From assembly GCA_965116885.1 (NCBI GenBank), contig OZ220741.1, positions 704,001 to 768,000 of the forward strand: 64,000 nt of DNA, read 5' to 3'. Below are positions 59,495-64,000 of this stretch, one piece after another. Positions within the stretch are counted from its first letter, which is position 1, and each line of letters starts with the position of its first letter. A program made the translations under genes and the position numbers. The DNA comes from Candidatus Latescibacterota bacterium (GTDB lineage: Bacteria > Latescibacterota > UBA2968). The notes below the pieces were generated by a model, which saw only the letters and a program-made list of their open reading frames with translations, made no database searches and was not told the DNA's origin.

Positions 59495-59667
59495 TGTATG
59501 TTCTCGTTATCATGTCGCGATGAGGTTTCTATTCCTTCACAGTACAGGCGAAAAATCTTTCGCCCCTTCACATTTCAATTTACCCAGCTATGCTGATCAC
59601 GTCAAGGTCACAACACGCGTATTACAACATATAGCAGACACAATTTTACGACCCCTATATAATGCGG

Positions 59668-59696
59668 TTGACGTACATAGCGAGATGGTTTATTGT
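59668..59696 (+). promoter_or_regulatory. Possible sigma70 promoter of the M23 peptidase gene
   Basis: TTGACG, 17 nt spacer, TATTGT, about 60 nt upstream of ATG 59755. Confidence 0.45.
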
Positions 59697-59754
59697 TGTG
59701 GCGCATATTTTAGTCAGAAACAATTGAGAACGTTTACAAGGGTCCCTCCCCCAC

Positions 59755-61125
59755 ATGCCAGTTCGCGCTTATAAAGGTCAGCCCAAATCCCCCAAGCAAC
59801 GATGGGTCTTCTTCTGCTTGCTAATATCCGTCAGTATGCTCTTTGGCCTTGGTAAAGAACCGGCAAAAGATGAACCCATCGCAACAATGACTGAAGAAAG
59901 TCCCTCAGAATCAGATCCGGTTGAAGCAAATCTCATCCTTCCACTTACCCCTCCAAAACCCAAAACTACCAGAATTGTGGGTTATATCGCCAACAAAGAA
60001 AACCTCACCGAAGCCCTCACGAGTGAAAATATCTCACGCACCGATGTTCTCGAACTTATCGATGTGCTACACAGAGATATTAAACGCACGTCATTCAATC
60101 CCAATATTGTTCGGCGTGGGGATCGCTATGAACTGGAGCTCGACAGCCATTCAACCATTCAGCACCTCAAATACACCAGACAGAACGACCACGAAACGCA
60201 ATTTATTGCCGAACGAATAAATGGCCAACTCAAAGCCAGGCAAGAAAACCTGCCATTGAAGCAAGAGGCCATCATCGTATCTGGCCGCATAAAAGACAAC
60301 ATCTGGAACGCGCTTCGTGAAACCGGTGAAAACCCGGCTCTACTGTGCGATAAACTCGGATACGTATTTGAATATTATATCGACTTTTACAACGACTGCA
60401 GAACAGGCGACCAGTTTACACTTGTCGTTGAAAAACTCTACAACAAATCCGGTGCCTTTGTTCGTTATGGCGATATTCTCACAGCCCAATACGAAGGTGA
60501 CAAAGAATCTTTTCAAGCATTTCTCTATGTTGATCCCAGTGGTGAAGACCGTTATTACGACTCAAAAGGCCACTCCCTACAGGGGCTTTTTTTGCGCAAA
60601 CCCCTGAACTTTACCCGCATCAGTTCCCCATTTACCAGCCGTAGATTTCATCCCATACTCAGAAGATACACTGCCCATCACGGCGTGGATTATGCCGCAC
60701 CTTATGGAACAAAAGTCTGGGCCATTGCCAGTGGCAAGGTTTCTTTTGTCGGACGCAAAGGACCACTTGGCAACTATATCGAAATCGAACACAGCAATGG
60801 CTATAAAACCGGCTATGGTCATCTGAGGGGATTTGCGCGGGGCCTGAAAAAAGGACAGCGCGTCAGCCAAAAACAAACCATCGGTTATGTCGGCTCGACC
60901 GGACGCTCCACAGGCCCACACTTGCACTTCAACTTTTACGCCACAGTAAATGGCAACTACAAACTGATCAACCCAACGCGAAAAATCAATCGCCCCGCAG
61001 GGCAACCCATCTCCGAAAAATACATGGCGTCTTTTCGCCAGCAACGCGACCAGTATCTCGCGCTCTTAGGTCGCAAAAACGGTTCAATCGTCACAGCCGC
61101 ATTACCGATAGGGGTAGCAGAGTAA
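59755..61125 (+). CDS. M23 family peptidoglycan DD-endopeptidase (MepM-like)
   Basis: N-terminal TM, RISSPF..RRFHPIL, HHGVDYAAPYGT, YGHL, VGSTGRSTGPHLHF. Confidence 0.93.
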   Translation: MPVRAYKGQPKSPKQRWVFFCLLISVSMLFGLGKEPAKDEPIATMTEESPSESDPVEANLILPLTPPKPKTTRIVGYIANKENLTEALTSENISRTDVLELIDVLHRDIKRTSFNPNIVRRGDRYELELDSHSTIQHLKYTRQNDHETQFIAERINGQLKARQENLPLKQEAIIVSGRIKDNIWNALRETGENPALLCDKLGYVFEYYIDFYNDCRTGDQFTLVVEKLYNKSGAFVRYGDILTAQYEGDKESFQAFLYVDPSGEDRYYDSKGHSLQGLFLRKPLNFTRISSPFTSRRFHPILRRYTAHHGVDYAAPYGTKVWAIASGKVSFVGRKGPLGNYIEIEHSNGYKTGYGHLRGFARGLKKGQRVSQKQTIGYVGSTGRSTGPHLHFNFYATVNGNYKLINPTRKINRPAGQPISEKYMASFRQQRDQYLALLGRKNGSIVTAALPIGVAE

Positions 61126-61199
61126 ATACCAGACACTCTTCTCGCCTCCTCGGATAAACAAACCGTGAGCATTCACGGTATTTTTTTTCGAGTTATCTC

Positions 61200-62351
61200 A
61201 TGAAAGTCGCCTATTTCGACTGCTTTGCCGGCATCAGCGGCGACATGACCCTCGGCGCGATCGTCGATGCGGGCCTGTCTTTTGCCGCCCTGAAATCCGA
61301 ACTCGACAAACTCAGTGTACGCGAATTCACTCTCTCTCAGCGTCGTGTGGAAAAACACGGCATTGCCGGCACAAAAATAGATGTCAATGCTCGGGAAGGC
61401 CACGTCCACCGGCACTTAAAAGACGTCCTTGAAATCATCAACAGCAGCGCAATATCGGCCTCTGCAAAAGAAAAAGCCGCGCGCGTCTTTCAAAAACTCG
61501 CCGAAGCCGAAGCAAAAATCCACGGTACCACCATTGAAGCGGTCCACTTCCACGAAGTGGGCGCAGTAGATGCCATCGTCGATATCGTCGGCGCGATCGT
61601 CGGCCTCGAACTCCTCGAAATCGAAGCGATCTACGCCTCAAAATTCCGATTTGGCACGGGCCACACGCGGGGCGCACACGGAGCAATGCCCGTCCCTGTT
61701 CCCGCAGTCGTAGAAATGACAAAAGGCTTTCCATCGGAACGCACAAATATCCCGTATGAACTCGTCACCCCCACTGGCGCGGCCCTCCTCACGGCACTCG
61801 CCTCTAATATTGGCGAAACCATTCAGCTACGCACAGAAAGCACGGGTTATGGTGCTGGCACGCGCGACGTCGAACAGGTACCCAACCTCCTCCGCGTTGA
61901 AATCGGCGAACTCGTCTCAGACCCCCAGACCGATTTTCCCGTTCTACTCGAAACAAATATCGACGACATGACCCCTGAAATTTACGGCTACCTCATCGAC
62001 CGCCTGCTCGAAGCCGGTGCTCGCGACGCCTTCCTCACCCCCGTCATCATGAAAAAAGGCCGCCCAGGCATTCAACTCACTGTCCTGGCCGACCCCAACA
62101 AAGAAACCGAACTCACCGAACTCATCTTCTCAGAAACCACCACCCTCGGCATACGCCGCCTGCCCGTTCAGCGCCACATCCTCGAACGCCGCGCAGACAC
62201 CGTCCAAACCCCTTATGGCCCCATCCGCGTCAAAATTGCCGACATAGGTGGCAAACAGCGCATCACCCCCGAATACGACGACTGTGCCCGCATTGCACGC
62301 GAAAAACAGGTGCCGATACTCGACGTTTACAAAGCTGTCAATTTATCATAA
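61200..62351 (+). CDS. larC: Nickel-pincer cofactor biosynthesis protein LarC
   Basis: YFDCFAGISGDMTLGA, AEAKIHG...VHFHEVGAVDAIVDI, ELVTPTGAA, ETNIDD, MKKGRP, ETTTLGIR, PEYDDC. Confidence 0.95.
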   Translation: MKVAYFDCFAGISGDMTLGAIVDAGLSFAALKSELDKLSVREFTLSQRRVEKHGIAGTKIDVNAREGHVHRHLKDVLEIINSSAISASAKEKAARVFQKLAEAEAKIHGTTIEAVHFHEVGAVDAIVDIVGAIVGLELLEIEAIYASKFRFGTGHTRGAHGAMPVPVPAVVEMTKGFPSERTNIPYELVTPTGAALLTALASNIGETIQLRTESTGYGAGTRDVEQVPNLLRVEIGELVSDPQTDFPVLLETNIDDMTPEIYGYLIDRLLEAGARDAFLTPVIMKKGRPGIQLTVLADPNKETELTELIFSETTTLGIRRLPVQRHILERRADTVQTPYGPIRVKIADIGGKQRITPEYDDCARIAREKQVPILDVYKAVNLS

Positions 62352-62365
62352 CGCAGGTATAGCTA

Positions 62366-62426
62366 CCCTCCCCCCGGTCTCTCCCCAGTACGAGGAAGAG
62401 GAGACATACTCTCCCCTTCCTCGTAC
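62366..62426. repeat. Second, degenerate copy of the purine/pyrimidine-tract hairpin repeat; may act as a terminator
   Basis: GTACGAGGAAGAGGAGA-catac-TCTCCCCTTCCTCGTAC hairpin; the reverse complement ends GGGGAGAGACCGGGGGGAGGG, like 25601-25621. Confidence 0.6.
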
Positions 62427-62612
62427 TACCGCTCCAGAAGACCCTCAGGATCAAACAGAATCTCCGCATACGATGCATCCCACAGCTCCGTATCATCCCA
62501 ATCGCGCGCTTTCAGCATTAAAATCTACATACTTGACATCATAAAGTTGCCCCGCCAATCTGGTAATCCCAACAGAAATCGGAGGCTTACCCGATTGCCA
62601 ATCCACACTCAT
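62426..62612 (-). pseudogene. Frameshifted gene fragment, resembling DUF4037/nucleotidyltransferase-like proteins
   Basis: Minus strand reads MSVDWQSGKPPISVGITRLAGQLYDVKYVDFNAE, then after a one-base shift RDWDDTELWDASYAEILFDPEGLLER-stop. Confidence 0.5.
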
Positions 62613-62630
62613 ATCCCGCAACTCTTTACC

Positions 62631-63212
62631 TCAAGAACGATCTACAAACGGGTCTGGATCGTATCTTGAATGATGTTGCGAAATGCACTGTAACACTTGA
62701 TAGCCATCTACAGGCTGCCACATATAAATTCGTCTGCATTGTGAACACAAAAAAAGAATATTGTCATCGTCAAGAGGATCGTAGAGTTTCTCGATCAACC
62801 TCGATTTTCCATATTTTTCATATAATGCATTGAGCGTTTCCAGGGGAATCGCGCGTAATGCCTCTTTAGAAATCTCCGGTTTTATACCCCACAGAGGTTT
62901 CAAATCAAACCCACAAACGCACTGTCTATCGTGCATATCTCCGTCCCGTCTGTGTACGCGTTCATCGTCAAACCATCTCCAATCGTATAGTCTTTTGCAC
63001 TTTGAACACAACTCATAATGGGCTGCTGTACCCGGCATCTCTTCATTTTTTATGAGGCGATTAATCTCCTCCTGTTCTGGCAGTCCCTGCACCTTCTTTG
63101 TCCCAACCAAACAGTATCGACATCGCCGATTTTTCTGGCGGATATAGAAGATCAGATAGATGGGACCCACCACAATAATCAGCAAAAAAATAAAAGACAA
63201 TAATCGTTCCAT
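62631..63212 (-). CDS. Membrane-anchored Cys-rich (putative Zn-finger) hypothetical protein, paralog A
   Basis: N-terminal TM then CRYC, CSKC, CVC, CSQC..IYMW; start MERLL at 63212. Confidence 0.75.
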   Translation of the reverse strand: MERLLSFIFLLIIVVGPIYLIFYIRQKNRRCRYCLVGTKKVQGLPEQEEINRLIKNEEMPGTAAHYELCSKCKRLYDWRWFDDERVHRRDGDMHDRQCVCGFDLKPLWGIKPEISKEALRAIPLETLNALYEKYGKSRLIEKLYDPLDDDNILFLCSQCRRIYMWQPVDGYQVLQCISQHHSRYDPDPFVDRS

Positions 63213-63214
63213 TG

Positions 63215-63775
63215 TTATTCCACTTCTTTCACATTTCGATATACACATTCGAATAGTAGCACATCGCCTTTTGGCACCCACATATAAACCCTGAAACATC
63301 GCTCACAAACGCGCAGTGCGTGGCCTTCTGGAAGTCTATCATGTCGATAGAGCATATCCTGATATCCACCGAGGAGCTTGGCAACATCCTCGCGGCTTGT
63401 CTCTTCAACCAGAGATTGGACAATTTGAGGTGGTAACCCCGTCACAATTGTTTTGAGAATCGGCGGATCTATACTCCAGGGTGTTTTGAGACCACCACCA
63501 CATTCACAATATCGGTCGCTCATATCCCAATCTTTTGATAGCCATCCTTCATCGTAAATCCTGTTGCATTTGGGACAAATTTCTAATTGATCTAAGTTGA
63601 CATCCTCTTGCTCGAGGATACTCACAATAGCGTCACGCCTGCTCTCTTCAAGCGTATCAAGGGGCAAAACGCTCTCACGGCAGACATAACATCTTTTACT
63701 CGTCCTCCTCAGAAATTTGAACAGCAAGATAAAACACAGAATCAGAACACCTGCAAATATCCAGTAGAATTCCAT
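63215..63775 (-). CDS. Membrane-anchored Cys-rich (putative Zn-finger) hypothetical protein, paralog B
   Basis: N-terminal TM then CYVC, CPKC, CEC, CERC..VYMW; start MEFYW at 63775. Confidence 0.75.
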   Translation of the reverse strand: MEFYWIFAGVLILCFILLFKFLRRTSKRCYVCRESVLPLDTLEESRRDAIVSILEQEDVNLDQLEICPKCNRIYDEGWLSKDWDMSDRYCECGGGLKTPWSIDPPILKTIVTGLPPQIVQSLVEETSREDVAKLLGGYQDMLYRHDRLPEGHALRVCERCFRVYMWVPKGDVLLFECVYRNVKEVE

Positions 63776-63981
63776 AACTTTACTCAATTCTTAATACATC
63801 AACAAATGTCCATAAATTTAAAACTATAGTGTCCTTTCAAGCAATATATCCCAAAGCCAAACAGGTGTCAACGAACCCTGAGTCACAAATATTTGACACG
63901 ATACAATAGACAGTTGCGAGAACCGAAATCACCTGCTATTTTACCAGAGAATTTGCGGAACTAAAACAACGGAGGAAAATA

Positions 63982-64000
63982 ATGAAACTCTGGTATAACG
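63982..64000 (+). CDS. Start of a gene running off the window (MKLWYN...)
   Basis: GGAGG RBS at 63971-63975, then ATG at 63982. Confidence 0.5.

Noticed and set aside
63982..64000. Assigning the last partial gene to GH95 fucosidases from MKLWY
   Set aside because: Six codons are too few to support a family call

Overview
This is a bacterial chromosomal segment, mostly GC-rich, with about 55 protein-coding genes. I found no rRNA, tRNA or CRISPR array. The gene content resembles marine-sponge symbionts of the Latescibacterota/Poribacteria type, which is an inference from four PhyH-type Fe/2OG oxygenases, a sulfatase, a sialidase, sugar isomerases and an internalin-like LRR protein with an EF-hand/dockerin-like pair. 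Most of the window is catabolic or transport genes plus housekeeping genes (ackA, class I fumarase, moaB, surE, cca, murA, rlmN, larC, a dpp/opp-type ABC transporter, a two-component system). There are two accessory regions. (1) A TnpB-only IS200/IS605-family element at 13697-15075, with both ends readable. (2) A more AT-rich defence-like island at about 36.5-44 kb. Its core is a tight three-gene operon: DruA-like (DUF4338), NurA-like nuclease and HerA ATPase. It lacks the rest of Druantia and is my best candidate for an undescribed system. It is preceded by a duplicated sigma70 promoter cassette flanking a structured non-coding segment, and followed by DUF4145, HigBA, DUF2283 and DprA-like genes. 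Other notable points are a PhyH-fold enzyme with a halogenase-type HxA motif, an amidohydrolase-fold/Rieske pair, a beta-propeller fused to an apparently inactive esterase, a BpsA-like/DUF2156 pair, a Cys-to-Asp MurA, tandem membrane-anchored Cys-rich paralogs and several families of intergenic palindromic repeats. All family calls come from motif recognition by eye; no searches were run.
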